DNA of 64,000 bases, from positions 6,432,001 to 6,496,000 of the forward strand of contig OY762007.1 of NCBI GenBank assembly GCA_963665115.1, in the 5' to 3' direction. How positions within the stretch are numbered: position 1 is the stretch's first letter; the number at the start of each line of letters is the position of its first letter. This DNA comes from an uncultured Rivularia sp. GTDB lineage: Bacteria > Cyanobacteriota > Cyanobacteriia > Cyanobacteriales > Nostocaceae. The notes under the pieces were generated by a model. It was not told the DNA's origin. It made no database searches and was given only the letters and a program-made list of their open reading frames with translations. The position numbers were made by a program, and so were the translations under genes. Below are positions 52,120-62,155 of the stretch, one piece after another.

Positions 52120-54225
52120 TCAATGTTGGGGGAACTTCGGTAATTCAATCCAAAACCGACTACCTCGATCGACATTAGAACAAACACCGACTTTACCATC
52201 TAAACTTTCCACACCACGCTTAACAATTGCTAAACCAATTCCCGTGCCGACGTAAGATTCAATTCCGTGCAAGCGCTCAAAAACTCGAAAAATTCGTTCT
52301 TGATATTCCGGAGCAATACCGATACCGTTATCTTCTACCCATAATCTGACATATTCACCTCGTTCTTCCGCCCAAATTTGTACAATTGGATCAACATTGG
52401 GATGAACAAACTTGATCCCGTTAGTTATCAAATTACTAATAACTGACTTTAAAATGGTTTGTTGGCTTCTGACAACGGGAAGTGTTGTTTTAATGATTAC
52501 TTGCGTTTGGTTTTCTTGTAATTCGGATTCAAGTTCGTTGAGTATTTCTTCAACTACGCTGGTTAAACTAACTTGTCGGAATTGAATTTGAGTTCTTCCC
52601 AAACGACTATATGCTAATAAATCTAAAATTAAAGTATCTAAATGCGCGGATGCTATCGTAATCCGATTTAAATATTCTTTTCCAATATCGTCCAACAAAC
52701 TTTCATAATCTTCGAGCAAAACTTGAGCAAAACCTTGGATAGCGCGTAAAGGTGCGCGTAAATCGTGAGAAACCGAATAACAAAACGCTTCTAATTCGTG
52801 GTTTGCTGCTTCTAATTGTCTGGTACGCTGTTTTACTCGTATTTCCAAACTAGCATTCAGCAAGTGGTTTTCTTCTTCTGCTTGTTTGCGAGTAATTGCA
52901 GCTGATAAGATATTGGCTACTGATTGCAGAAAATTAGCATCATCCCAACTAAATTGATGTTCTAGAATAGAATGCGCTTCTAAAACTCCAAAAGGTTGAT
53001 TTTCTTTTCCAGGAATTATCGTACTGACACCGCTAATATATTCATTTTGATGCAGTAAAGACGAACCTGTAAATCTTGTTTCTTCATTGAGATTGTCTGA
53101 TATAACGGGTTTACCGGATAACAAAGCATAACCAGCTTGGGATTTGCAATCAGTTTCTAATGTAACTCGATCCGTCAATTCTTTTTCTAAACCGACACTG
53201 GAGCGTAACAGCAAAAAATTACCATCGGGAAGCAATTCGAGAATTTTGCAATCATCAACATTGAGACTTTGAGCAACTAAAGCTGTGGTTTGCTCAAATA
53301 AATCTGGTAATTCCAGCCCCGATAAAGCAAGTTGTCCTAATTGTGCCACAACCGCTTGTTGCTTTAGTCTATTAGCAAGCGATATTTGTGCTTTTTGACG
53401 TTCGGTTACTTCTAAAACTACACAACCAATTGCATTGTAAGTATTAGAAACTGCTAATGGAAAATAAGCAGCTTCCCAATCTCTTATAAAACCCGGTAGC
53501 TTAGGAGTTTCTCCAGTAATTTTAATTCCAGATACGGGTAAACCTGTACTTGTAACTTGTCGATAAATCGACTCCAAATTATCAGCTATTTCCGGTATCA
53601 TCTCACGCACAGCTTTACCAATATGCTCTTCTATTGATTTACCATTAATATCAGCTAAAGTTTTATTTATTTGTACGTGTCGCCATTTGTCATCAAGAAT
53701 AGCTAAACCGATGGAAGCATTTTCAAAAAAAGTTTCTAATAGTTGATGTTGTATAGATTCTTTTCGATCATCTCGAATATTACAAGCTTCAATTACAATA
53801 GCCGTTACTTTCCCTTTGTCATCAGTTACAGGAGTAAATGAAAAATCGTAGCTATTAGTTAAATCTTTTTGATCTAATAATTCAACTTTAATATTGATTA
53901 ACTTACCACAAGCAGCTTGGCATACAGCATCTTGTAATTGTTGCTGCGTTTGAGAAGTAACAACTCGTGAAAAAACTGACCATAAAGGTTTACCTGGAAT
54001 ATTATCTTTAATTAAATAATCAGAATCAAGAGCTTTTTGATTAGTTTCTAATAAACTACCGTTGGGTTTAATTATAAATAAATATTGAGAACTTTGATCA
54101 AAAATATGATTATAGCTGCGATTTATTTGAGTAACAGAATAAAGACGTTTTGACAGATAAATATTCCACCAAAACATCCCTAATAGAATTAAAATACTGC
54201 CCAGCACAAAGGCTTGTAGTTCCAC
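52120..54225 (-). CDS. Membrane-anchored PAS-PAS-GAF sensor histidine kinase
   Basis: N-terminal TM, two PAS-like segments, GAF (SQAGYALLS), LEAFCYSVSHDLRAPLR, GTGIGLA. Confidence 0.9.
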   Translation of the reverse strand: MELQAFVLGSILILLGMFWWNIYLSKRLYSVTQINRSYNHIFDQSSQYLFIIKPNGSLLETNQKALDSDYLIKDNIPGKPLWSVFSRVVTSQTQQQLQDAVCQAACGKLINIKVELLDQKDLTNSYDFSFTPVTDDKGKVTAIVIEACNIRDDRKESIQHQLLETFFENASIGLAILDDKWRHVQINKTLADINGKSIEEHIGKAVREMIPEIADNLESIYRQVTSTGLPVSGIKITGETPKLPGFIRDWEAAYFPLAVSNTYNAIGCVVLEVTERQKAQISLANRLKQQAVVAQLGQLALSGLELPDLFEQTTALVAQSLNVDDCKILELLPDGNFLLLRSSVGLEKELTDRVTLETDCKSQAGYALLSGKPVISDNLNEETRFTGSSLLHQNEYISGVSTIIPGKENQPFGVLEAHSILEHQFSWDDANFLQSVANILSAAITRKQAEEENHLLNASLEIRVKQRTRQLEAANHELEAFCYSVSHDLRAPLRAIQGFAQVLLEDYESLLDDIGKEYLNRITIASAHLDTLILDLLAYSRLGRTQIQFRQVSLTSVVEEILNELESELQENQTQVIIKTTLPVVRSQQTILKSVISNLITNGIKFVHPNVDPIVQIWAEERGEYVRLWVEDNGIGIAPEYQERIFRVFERLHGIESYVGTGIGLAIVKRGVESLDGKVGVCSNVDRGSRFWIELPKFPQH

Positions 54226-54814
54226 AATAAATATTTAACCGATAACTACAATTGTATCAATCATAGCAATGTAGAGACATTGTAGTGCAACGTTTCTTTT
54301 CGCTTTACAAGATTCTGACTCCATTTTTGTTGTAATTCACATCTTGTACCTCTCCCAGAACCTTATTTCTTGCTCATCCTATAACCAAAAAATAAGGTTC
54401 TGGGCTATAGGGAAAAGGGAACGGGCAACAGGGGATTACAGCGATTTTAAATATCTAAGTGCGGTCATTCCTATAATTAAATAATATTCAATTTATATCT
54501 TTAGGTTGATGACAATCAAAGTAAGTAGAATAATGCTGCTAACACAATTCAAAATTATCAATTAAAAATTACCATTATCTAAAGTTTGAGGTTTGAAGCA
54601 AGGAATATGCTTCGATCATTTTATTCTTAAAAGGAGAGGCTCGTATCCTTAATTAAACAATTAAAAAGTAAAATATAATGAATTTTGAATTTTGAATTTT
54701 GAATTAAAAAATGGTCATCCAAGATACAATTTATTAAGAACATATAGAGACAAGGAGAAAGATTATTAACTCTTGACTCTTGACTCTTGACTTTATTGAA
54801 ACGAGGTTTTATTA

Positions 54815-55336
54815 ATGTTTATTTCTGTAATCAAAAGTGTCGTTATTTTAACAATGGTAGGAATCTTTTATTGGCTTCCTTTTACGGGAAATAATGCTGC
54901 TCAAGCCATCGCTAGCGTATGGGGTCAAGAAACAGAACCATTGTTATCAGGAGTAAAACAAGTTACTGTTTATCGCAGCCCTTCTTGTGGTTGCTGTGAA
55001 GACTGGGTGAAACATATGCAAAAACACGGTTTTAAAATCAAAGATGATATTAAAAGCGAAGATATGCAAGCAATTAAAGAAAAATATAACGTCCCCCAAC
55101 AATTAGCATCCTGTCACACCGCAATTATTGACGATTATGTCATGGAAGGACACGTTCCCGCTGATGATATTAAACGTTTTATCGCTCAATCTCCCAAGCA
55201 AACAGGTTTATCAGTACCCGGAATGCCTTCAGGTACCCCAGGAATGGAAATGGGAAATAAAAAAGATCCTTTTGCTGTAGTTTCTTTTAATAAAGATGGG
55301 GAAGCCGAAATTTTTCACGAATATCGGTCTTATTAA
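54815..55336 (+). CDS. DUF411 family periplasmic metal-binding protein
   Basis: VYRSPSCGCC, SCHTA, EGHVPA, VPGMPSGTPGMEM. Confidence 0.9.
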   Translation: MFISVIKSVVILTMVGIFYWLPFTGNNAAQAIASVWGQETEPLLSGVKQVTVYRSPSCGCCEDWVKHMQKHGFKIKDDIKSEDMQAIKEKYNVPQQLASCHTAIIDDYVMEGHVPADDIKRFIAQSPKQTGLSVPGMPSGTPGMEMGNKKDPFAVVSFNKDGEAEIFHEYRSY

Positions 55337-55463
55337 CAGAAAAGTTAGGAGGAAGGTAAAAATTTTTAATCCTAAAGATACAAGTAATTGGACAGCCTAG
55401 TATCATACTATTGAAAAATAATTTCAGCACAGAATTTATTTTTCTAACCATTTAGGATTCGTT

Positions 55464-56156
55464 ATGAATAAAAAAAGCAAAAAATCAAAAGTAGATTCAC
55501 AAAAAAATAGCGCAGATAACAAGCCTTCGGTTGACTCAAACGGCTTAGAAATCGACCATACTTTTAACGAAGATGGCGAACGTCCCGTTGGTAAGAGCAA
55601 TCTTGAAATTGAAGAAACCTATAACGTTGAATATCATCTTCCCACTGTTAAAAGCGACGAGCAAGAAGGTGAATTTATTCATGTAGACGGTAATCGCCCC
55701 GTCGAACCCAGCGACTTAGAAATTGACCATACATTAAATATAGATGGTCGTCGCCCCGTCGAACCCAGCGACTTAGAAATTGACCATACTTTTAAAGAAG
55801 ATGGCGAACGTCCTGTTGGCAAAAGTAATTTTGAAGTTGAAAAAACTGCTATTGCTAAAAGCGACGATCGACAAGATGGATTTATTCATGTAGATGGGCA
55901 TCGCCCTGTTGATGAGAGCAACTTAGAAATCGACCATACTTTAAATATAGATGGTCGTCGTCCCGTCAGTAAAAGTAACTTTGAAGTAGAAGAAACATTT
56001 CATGTAGATGGTAATCGCCCAATCGGCAAAAGCAATTTTGAAAAGAATGAAACCATTAGTGTAGATGGCGAACGTCCCATCGATGAAAGCGATTTAGAAA
56101 TTGACCATATGTTGAATATAGATGGTCAGCGTCCCGTCGGTAAAAGCAATTTGTAG
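55464..56156 (+). CDS. Hypothetical protein built from 19-aa DGxRP repeats
   Basis: Nine DGxRP[VI]xxS[ND][LF]E units; 57-nt DNA periodicity with synonymous variation. Confidence 0.85.
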   Translation: MNKKSKKSKVDSQKNSADNKPSVDSNGLEIDHTFNEDGERPVGKSNLEIEETYNVEYHLPTVKSDEQEGEFIHVDGNRPVEPSDLEIDHTLNIDGRRPVEPSDLEIDHTFKEDGERPVGKSNFEVEKTAIAKSDDRQDGFIHVDGHRPVDESNLEIDHTLNIDGRRPVSKSNFEVEETFHVDGNRPIGKSNFEKNETISVDGERPIDESDLEIDHMLNIDGQRPVGKSNL

Positions 56157-56164
56157 ATTATTCG

Positions 56165-56307
56165 TAGTGCTAGCATCTTGCTCGCTAGTTTTTGCAAGGG
56201 AGCGAGACGCTCCCACTACCAAGCATACAAACCAAACTCCGTCTTGGAAAGTTTTGGAAGAAGAGAATCTACACCCCAAACTCTCCGCAAAATCCAAAAT
56301 CCAAAAT
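56165..56307. repeat. REP doublet (56165-56219) plus STRR-flanked hairpin element (56229-56307)
   Basis: gtagtgctagcatcttgctcgc...gggagcgagacgctcccactac; second element nearly identical to the nifJ insert. Confidence 0.82.
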
Positions 56308-56311
56308 TGAA

Positions 56312-57622
56312 TTATGCCAATACCAGACGAGCCAAACTAAAAATAACCGCACTTAACACCGCACTTACCGGAAGCGTAACAATCCAAGCAGCAGCAATTG
56401 AGCGCAAAGTTTTGAACTGCACCGATTTAATATCTTGAACTATGCCAATACCAACCACACCACCAACAAGCGCGTGAGAAGTAGAAACAGGTAAACCCAA
56501 ACGAGACGCAAGAATTACCGTAGTAGCAGTTGCAAGCTCCGCACAAAAACCACTACTTGGCTGCAAAGTAATAATACTTTCACCGATAGTCGCAATAACT
56601 TTTTTACCCAAAACCGCCAAACCAACAACAATACCAGCACCACCAATCGCAAGAATCCATACAGGAATGTCTAAATCGTAAATAGGAACTTTTCCAGTGC
56701 GATTGATATGAGCGATCGCAGCCAAAGGAGCAATCGCATTTCCCACATCATTAGAGCCGTGAGCAAACGCCACAAAACAAGCACTCAACAATTGAAATCT
56801 TCCAAATATACGCTCTACTCGATTTGAGGATTGGGCATTGTTTTGTTCTCCTTGTCTTCTTGTCTCCTTGTCCCCCCATCTCCCCATCTCCCCATCTTCC
56901 CCTCTTCCCGCCTCTTGCCAACTATAAACCGTAAGCCCTACTGCTGCGACTGTGCCGATAAAAAGTGGAACATCATGAGACGGTATTTGCAAACCAACTT
57001 CTTCAATTAAATAATTTGCTAACGGTTGAGTTACTTTTGGTAAAACAATTATCCCGAATACTCCTAACAACAAAGCACTTAACCAGGGAATCCACTCATT
57101 TAACTGTTGTAATTGCTGTGGTTGATCTAAAATCCACCGCTTGATTTGACTGTAAAATAAAGCAGCAATACAGCCGCTGATAACTGGTGTAATTATCCAT
57201 CCTAAAGTAATTGTGCCAATTGATGACCACTCAATTGAATTAAACCCGGCAGCCACAATACTGAAACCGGCGATCGCCCCAACTACCGCATGGGAAGATG
57301 AAACTGGTAAACCTCGCGAAGTCGCTATTTGCAGCCATAAAGCACTAGCCAACAACACCGAAAACATTCCAGTCGCAAAAATTTCGGGTACATTCGCGAA
57401 CAAAGCCGGATTGCTAACCTCCGTCGCTAAAGTTTGGGATACTTCATGTCCGAATAAAACAGCACCAGTAAATTCTAGTATTCCAGCAATTACCAAAGCC
57501 TGCTTTAAAGTAATAGCCTTGGAACCCACCGAAGTACCCATTGCATTCGCAACGTCATTCGCTCCTAAATTAAAAGCAAGGTAGAAAGCTAATAAGATAA
57601 CGAGAAAAATAGGGATTGTCAT
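56312..57622 (-). CDS. PiT family inorganic phosphate transporter
   Basis: GANDVANAMGTSVGS and HGSNDVGNA signature motifs; in-frame octamer repeats at ~56830-56915. Confidence 0.93.
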   Translation of the reverse strand: MTIPIFLVILLAFYLAFNLGANDVANAMGTSVGSKAITLKQALVIAGILEFTGAVLFGHEVSQTLATEVSNPALFANVPEIFATGMFSVLLASALWLQIATSRGLPVSSSHAVVGAIAGFSIVAAGFNSIEWSSIGTITLGWIITPVISGCIAALFYSQIKRWILDQPQQLQQLNEWIPWLSALLLGVFGIIVLPKVTQPLANYLIEEVGLQIPSHDVPLFIGTVAAVGLTVYSWQEAGRGEDGEMGRWGDKETRRQGEQNNAQSSNRVERIFGRFQLLSACFVAFAHGSNDVGNAIAPLAAIAHINRTGKVPIYDLDIPVWILAIGGAGIVVGLAVLGKKVIATIGESIITLQPSSGFCAELATATTVILASRLGLPVSTSHALVGGVVGIGIVQDIKSVQFKTLRSIAAAWIVTLPVSAVLSAVIFSLARLVLA

Positions 57623-57709
57623 TTAATTAATTGAAAATAGGGCATTGGGGATTGGGCATGGGGAATAGGTAATTGCGGATGGGAATGACACAGCAATAGA
57701 AAAGTTGTA

Positions 57710-57861
57710 TAAGCTGATGTGCAACTAAATTGGATAATAGGAAAATTTGAAAAGGTTGTAGTGCTGCCTAAAACTATCGTCTCGCTCCGCTAACGCAGCG
57801 TGTCCGCCAGGACAAGCATCTTGCTCGCTATTACTATACAAATTAAATGCGTAGCAGCTTA
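57710..57861. mobile_element. MITE-like element (TAAGCTG family) with a nested ~49-bp insert
   Basis: taagctgatgtgcaactaaatt...aattaaatgcgtagcagctta; REP gtagtgc|...|aagcatcttgctcgc split by 57765-57813. Confidence 0.72.
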
Positions 57862-58177
57862 GCAATCCAAAATATGCGGAATTAATTGGGTACTTTTGGT
57901 CTGGAAAGTATTATAAGACTATAAAAGGATTAAGTTTAAAAATATTAAATTTTACTTCAATTGGCGTGCCTTTCGCTATTAGATAAACTCTAACCTGAGT
58001 TTCTTCTATACGACGCTGATATCTACGTTCTAATTCATCATAGGTTTTTCCTTCTAACTCAATCAGGTATTCTAAACCAGTTAATTTAAAACTTCGATCG
58101 CTAACAAATTGTTTATCATCTAGAGGCTATACGTCCAATATAAACTGGAAGTATAGCCTGGTAACGACGGATGCGAT

Positions 58178-59095
58178 CTAAATTCTAACTGCTTTCACTC
58201 CTGCCATATCCAATATTGGCACAATCAAATCTTCACGTTTCACTGCCATCATATGCACTCCTTGACACAATCCTTGTGCAATTTGTACTTGTTCGGCAGC
58301 AATTTTCATTCCTTCTTCTAAAGGGTTTTTAGCTTGCTCTAATCTATCAATTATATGCTCTGGAATTTCAACTCCAGGAACGCATTTGTTGATAAACCGA
58401 GCGTTTTTTGCTGACTTTAAGAGAAATATTCCCGCTAAAATTGGTTTATTACAACCTGCGGCAATTTGAGTCATGAATTTATCGAAAAGTTCAAAGTCTG
58501 TTACCATTTGACTTTGGAAAAATTGCGCTCCTGCTGCTAATTTGCGCTCAAATCGCTTTTGCAAACCGCTCCAACTGCGACACTGTGGATCTACGGCTGC
58601 TCCAACAAATAAATCGGTGGCTCCGTCGGTTAAGGTTTTATCGTTACTATCAAAGCCGCGATTGAGTTTTTCGATTAATTGCAGTAAACGTACTGATTCT
58701 AAATCAAACACGCTTTTTGCGTCGGGGTGATCTCCCGCTTTTACTGGATCGCCGGTCAAGGCTAAAATATTGTGGATGCCTAAAGCATGAGCGCCCATCA
58801 AGTCACTTTGTAAACCAATGCGGTTTCTGTCTCGACAAGCCATTTGACATATCGGCTCTATCCCTTCTCTCTGTAAAATTATAGACGCTGCAAACGAAGA
58901 CATCCGTAAAACTGCGCGGCTACCATCGGTGATATTGACGGCATGAACTCTCCCCTTAAGAGTCGCCGCCATTTGTATCATGTGTTCTGGATTACCGCCT
59001 TTCGGTGGTGCGACTTCAGCAGTAACTAAGAATTCTCCTGCACTTGCTGACGCACGGAATGTTGTTAATTGAGTTGGATTTAGCGTACCAAGCAT
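58178..59095 (-). CDS. metF: Methylenetetrahydrofolate reductase
   Basis: TAEVAPPKG, VNITDG, CRDRNR, LALTGDP, AQFFQSQ. Confidence 0.92.
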   Translation of the reverse strand: MLGTLNPTQLTTFRASASAGEFLVTAEVAPPKGGNPEHMIQMAATLKGRVHAVNITDGSRAVLRMSSFAASIILQREGIEPICQMACRDRNRIGLQSDLMGAHALGIHNILALTGDPVKAGDHPDAKSVFDLESVRLLQLIEKLNRGFDSNDKTLTDGATDLFVGAAVDPQCRSWSGLQKRFERKLAAGAQFFQSQMVTDFELFDKFMTQIAAGCNKPILAGIFLLKSAKNARFINKCVPGVEIPEHIIDRLEQAKNPLEEGMKIAAEQVQIAQGLCQGVHMMAVKREDLIVPILDMAGVKAVRI

Positions 59096-59156
59096 TTCGG
59101 TTGTTATATTTCGATACTTGGTACAGCTCTATCACATATAACTCCCGTAGGAAAGC

Positions 59157-60179
59157 TTATAAAGGCATAGAGAATCCTAATGCCGATTTTACTTGGGTTA
59201 AAGTTTCATTGGCGATCGCCTCGGCTTTTTCTCTACCGTCGCGTAAAACCTGCTCTAGATAAGCTTTATCGTCCATTACGGCTTGATATTTCTCTTGAAT
59301 GGGTTGCAGGGCGTTAACAGCTGTTTCTGCTAATAAGGGCTTAAATTGTCCCCAGCCCATATCTTGACATTCTGCTGCTACTTCTTCTTTGGGTTTACCA
59401 GAAAGCAGCATATACAGCGTTAATAAGTTATTGCATTCGGGGCGATCGCTATTATCAAATTCTAAACCGCGCACGGTATCAGTTTTACAGCGTTTGATTT
59501 TCTTGGTAATTTCTGCTGGGGTATCTGTCAAATTAATCCGACTTAATTCTGAAGGATCGGATTTTGACATTTTACTAGTACCGTCTGTCAAACTCATTAC
59601 CCTTGCACCTTCTTTACGAATTATCGGTTCTGGTAATTTTAATACAGGTTTTCTCGGCTTAGCGAATTGATGGTTAAATCTATTGACAATATCTCTTGTT
59701 AATTCTATGTGTTGTTTTTGGTCTTCACCTACGGGTACTTTATCGGCTTGATACAGCAAAATATCGGCAGCCATCAGTACAGGATAATCCAGCAAACCTA
59801 CATTAACGTTTTCACCTTGTTTGATTGCTTTTTCCTTGTACTGAATCATATCTTCCAACCAGTTCATGGGAGTGATACAGTTGAGCAACCAAGTTAATTC
59901 GCTGTGAGCGGAAACATGAGACTGTACGAAGATAGTAGAATAATTTAAATCCAAACCGCACGCTAGATAAATTGCAGCTAAATGATAAGTGTTTGCCGCC
60001 AACTTTTTAGGATCTTGCGGTACGGTAATTGCGTGTAAATCTACGATACAAAAATAATTTTCATACTCGTCTTTATACCGATCTTGAATTTCTATCCAGT
60101 TGCGAATAGCTCCTAAATAGTTACCTAAATGTAGATTACCAGTTGGTTGTACTCCAGAAAAAACTCGTTGCTTAGCCAT
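59157..60179 (-). CDS. trpS: Tryptophan--tRNA ligase
   Basis: SGVQPTGNLHLGNYLGA (HIGH), GEDQKQH, KMSKS. Confidence 0.97.
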   Translation of the reverse strand: MAKQRVFSGVQPTGNLHLGNYLGAIRNWIEIQDRYKDEYENYFCIVDLHAITVPQDPKKLAANTYHLAAIYLACGLDLNYSTIFVQSHVSAHSELTWLLNCITPMNWLEDMIQYKEKAIKQGENVNVGLLDYPVLMAADILLYQADKVPVGEDQKQHIELTRDIVNRFNHQFAKPRKPVLKLPEPIIRKEGARVMSLTDGTSKMSKSDPSELSRINLTDTPAEITKKIKRCKTDTVRGLEFDNSDRPECNNLLTLYMLLSGKPKEEVAAECQDMGWGQFKPLLAETAVNALQPIQEKYQAVMDDKAYLEQVLRDGREKAEAIANETLTQVKSALGFSMPL

Positions 60180-60379
60180 AAATCAATTAACAATTAACAA
60201 TTAACAATAATCAATGAACAGTGAAGGGTTGCGAAATCCATTTAAGGTTTAAAGTAGTTTTACTTTCGCGTAAAAATTAGTGTAGCCTAGCGAAACATCA
60301 CAATTTAAAAAATGAAACCGGATTGCTGATAGCTTGTTCATACACTATCATACGTTTTGATAGCTGCTAGCTGCTCGCT

Positions 60380-60407
60380 GTTAATTGTTAATTGTTAATT
60401 GTTAATT
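60380..60407 (+). repeat. STRR heptamer array (GTTAATT)4
   Basis: Perfect tandem heptamers; inverted partial array at ~60186-60208. Confidence 0.8.
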
Positions 60408-60414
60408 GATTATT

Positions 60415-61353
60415 ATGCGCGAATTATATCCACCAAGAGAAGCTTATCAAGAAGGTAAATTACAAGTAACTGAATTACATACGATTTATTTTGAAGAATC
60501 GGGGAATCCGCAAGGTAAACCTATTGTAGTATTGCATGGCGGGCCTGGTGGTGGATGTCCGAGTTATTATCGCCAGTATTTTAATCCAGAAAAGTGGCGT
60601 TTAATCATGTTCGATCAGCGTGGTTGCGGTAAAAGTACCCCTCATGCAGAATTACGCGAAAATACAACTTGGGATTTAGTTAGCGATATTGAAAAATTGC
60701 GCGAACATTTGAAGATAGATAAATGGGTTGTGTTTGGTGGAAGTTGGGGAAGTACGCTTTCTTTGGCTTATAGCGAAAATCATCCAGAGCGCTGCAACGG
60801 TTTAATTTTACGCGGTATTTTTATGCTGCGTCAAAAGGAATTACATTGGTTTTATCAGGAAGGCGCAAGTAATATTTTCCCGGATGCTTGGGAGGAATAT
60901 TTAAAGCCAATTCCAATAGAAGAAAGAGATAATTTGTTAAATGCTTATTACAAACGCTTGACTAGTGAAGATAAAAGAGTCAGGTTAGAAGCAGCAAGAG
61001 CTTGGTCAATTTGGGAAGCAAGTACGAGCAAATTATTTTTAGATAAATCTTTAATGACAGCTTTTGGTGAAAGTGCTTTTGCAGATGCTTTCGCTAGAAT
61101 TGAATGTCATTATTTTGTAAATAAGGGATTTTTTGAAAGGGAAGATCAATTACTTTTAAATGTTGATAAAATCCGCCATATTCCGGCTGTGATTGTGCAG
61201 GGAAGATACGATGTAGTTTGTCCGATGATATCAGCTTGGGAATTACATAAAGTTTGGTCGGAAGCTGAGTTTATTGTGGTTCCGGATGCTGGGCATTCAA
61301 TGACTGAACCGGGTATTCAAACTGCTTTGCTTGATGCTACGGATAGGTTTTAA
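60415..61353 (+). CDS. pip: Proline iminopeptidase
   Basis: LHGGPGGG, DQRGCGKS, FGGSWGS, LRGIF, QGRYD, DAGHS. Confidence 0.95.
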   Translation: MRELYPPREAYQEGKLQVTELHTIYFEESGNPQGKPIVVLHGGPGGGCPSYYRQYFNPEKWRLIMFDQRGCGKSTPHAELRENTTWDLVSDIEKLREHLKIDKWVVFGGSWGSTLSLAYSENHPERCNGLILRGIFMLRQKELHWFYQEGASNIFPDAWEEYLKPIPIEERDNLLNAYYKRLTSEDKRVRLEAARAWSIWEASTSKLFLDKSLMTAFGESAFADAFARIECHYFVNKGFFEREDQLLLNVDKIRHIPAVIVQGRYDVVCPMISAWELHKVWSEAEFIVVPDAGHSMTEPGIQTALLDATDRF

Positions 61354-61399
61354 TATTGGGGAATTGGGGATTGGGCATGGGGCATGGTATACATATTTT

Positions 61400-61467
61400 G
61401 TAGGGTGTGTGACGGTTACGAAATATTTATTTTATAATCAAACAAGTTGGAATTACCGTCACGCACC
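61400..61467 (+). repeat. GTAGGGTG REP-like long hairpin
   Basis: gtagggtgtgtgacggt...accgtcacgcacc. Confidence 0.75.
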
Positions 61468-61530
61468 AACGACGAGCTTTAATAAATAATAGATTCATTA
61501 ACTAACTAAGTTCATTAAAGAGTAATTATT

Positions 61531-61698
61531 TTGAAAGAGAAAAATAAACAATCAAAAACAAATAATTTGGATTCCGAAACTATTGTTTTGACTGATAGCG
61601 AGCGAGATATATTTTTATGTTTGATAGAAAATCCACCGGAACCAAATCCAGCTTTAAAATCAGCAATGAAAAGGTTTAAAGAGGAATACGAAAATTAA
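61531..61698 (+). CDS. DUF1778 (TacA-type antitoxin) C-terminal domain only, 55 aa; possibly a pseudogene
   Basis: Read manually, below the ORF-track cutoff: ETIVLTDSERDIFLCLIENPPEPNPALKSAMKRF. Confidence 0.65.
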   Translation: MKEKNKQSKTNNLDSETIVLTDSERDIFLCLIENPPEPNPALKSAMKRFKEEYEN

Positions 61699-61808
61699 TT
61701 ATTTACTAAGTTATATTTTTAGACACTAGAAATTAGATAAATTAAAATTATTGTGGATATTAATGTTGATGGTTTATTCCAAGATGCGGAAATAATAGGT
61801 TAGTTGTT

Positions 61809-62150
61809 TTACTCTACAAAATATTTGGAAGGCATCTTAAACAAATCAGCTAATCCTTTAATTTCACATTCGGTAAGTTGACTTTTACCATCCAAGATAT
61901 CTAAAACTCTTGATTTGCTTTTACAAATAGGAATTAAATCTTGAGGTTGAAGAGAAGATTCTTCTAACAATGCCTTAATCAGCGTAACTCCTTTTAAGGT
62001 AGGTATTATTTCATGTTGATTTTCGTAATCATAAACTAACGTACTTAGTACTTTTAAATAATCTCTGTCATCTTTAGTAATATTTCCCTTATCTAAAATA
62101 GAATTAATCCGATTTTGGCTAGCGATTAATTCGTCTTCATTAGTAATCAT
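61809..62150 (-). CDS. HigA-like antitoxin / HTH regulator
   Basis: ITNEDE...DYLKVLSTLVYDYE...KSRVLDILDGKSQLT...LADLF. Confidence 0.75.
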   Translation of the reverse strand: MITNEDELIASQNRINSILDKGNITKDDRDYLKVLSTLVYDYENQHEIIPTLKGVTLIKALLEESSLQPQDLIPICKSKSRVLDILDGKSQLTECEIKGLADLFKMPSKYFVE

Positions 62151-62155
62151 AATTT

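Larger units (their letters stand above)
10932..59449. repeat. Dispersed HIP1 octamers (GCGATCGC)
   Basis: Examples at 10932, 13672, 15421, 27241, 33421, 50021, 56712, 59212 and 59442. Confidence 0.9.

Noticed and set aside
56094..56438. Short ORFs across the repeat cluster
   Set aside because: Translations of REP/STRR elements overlapping real genes
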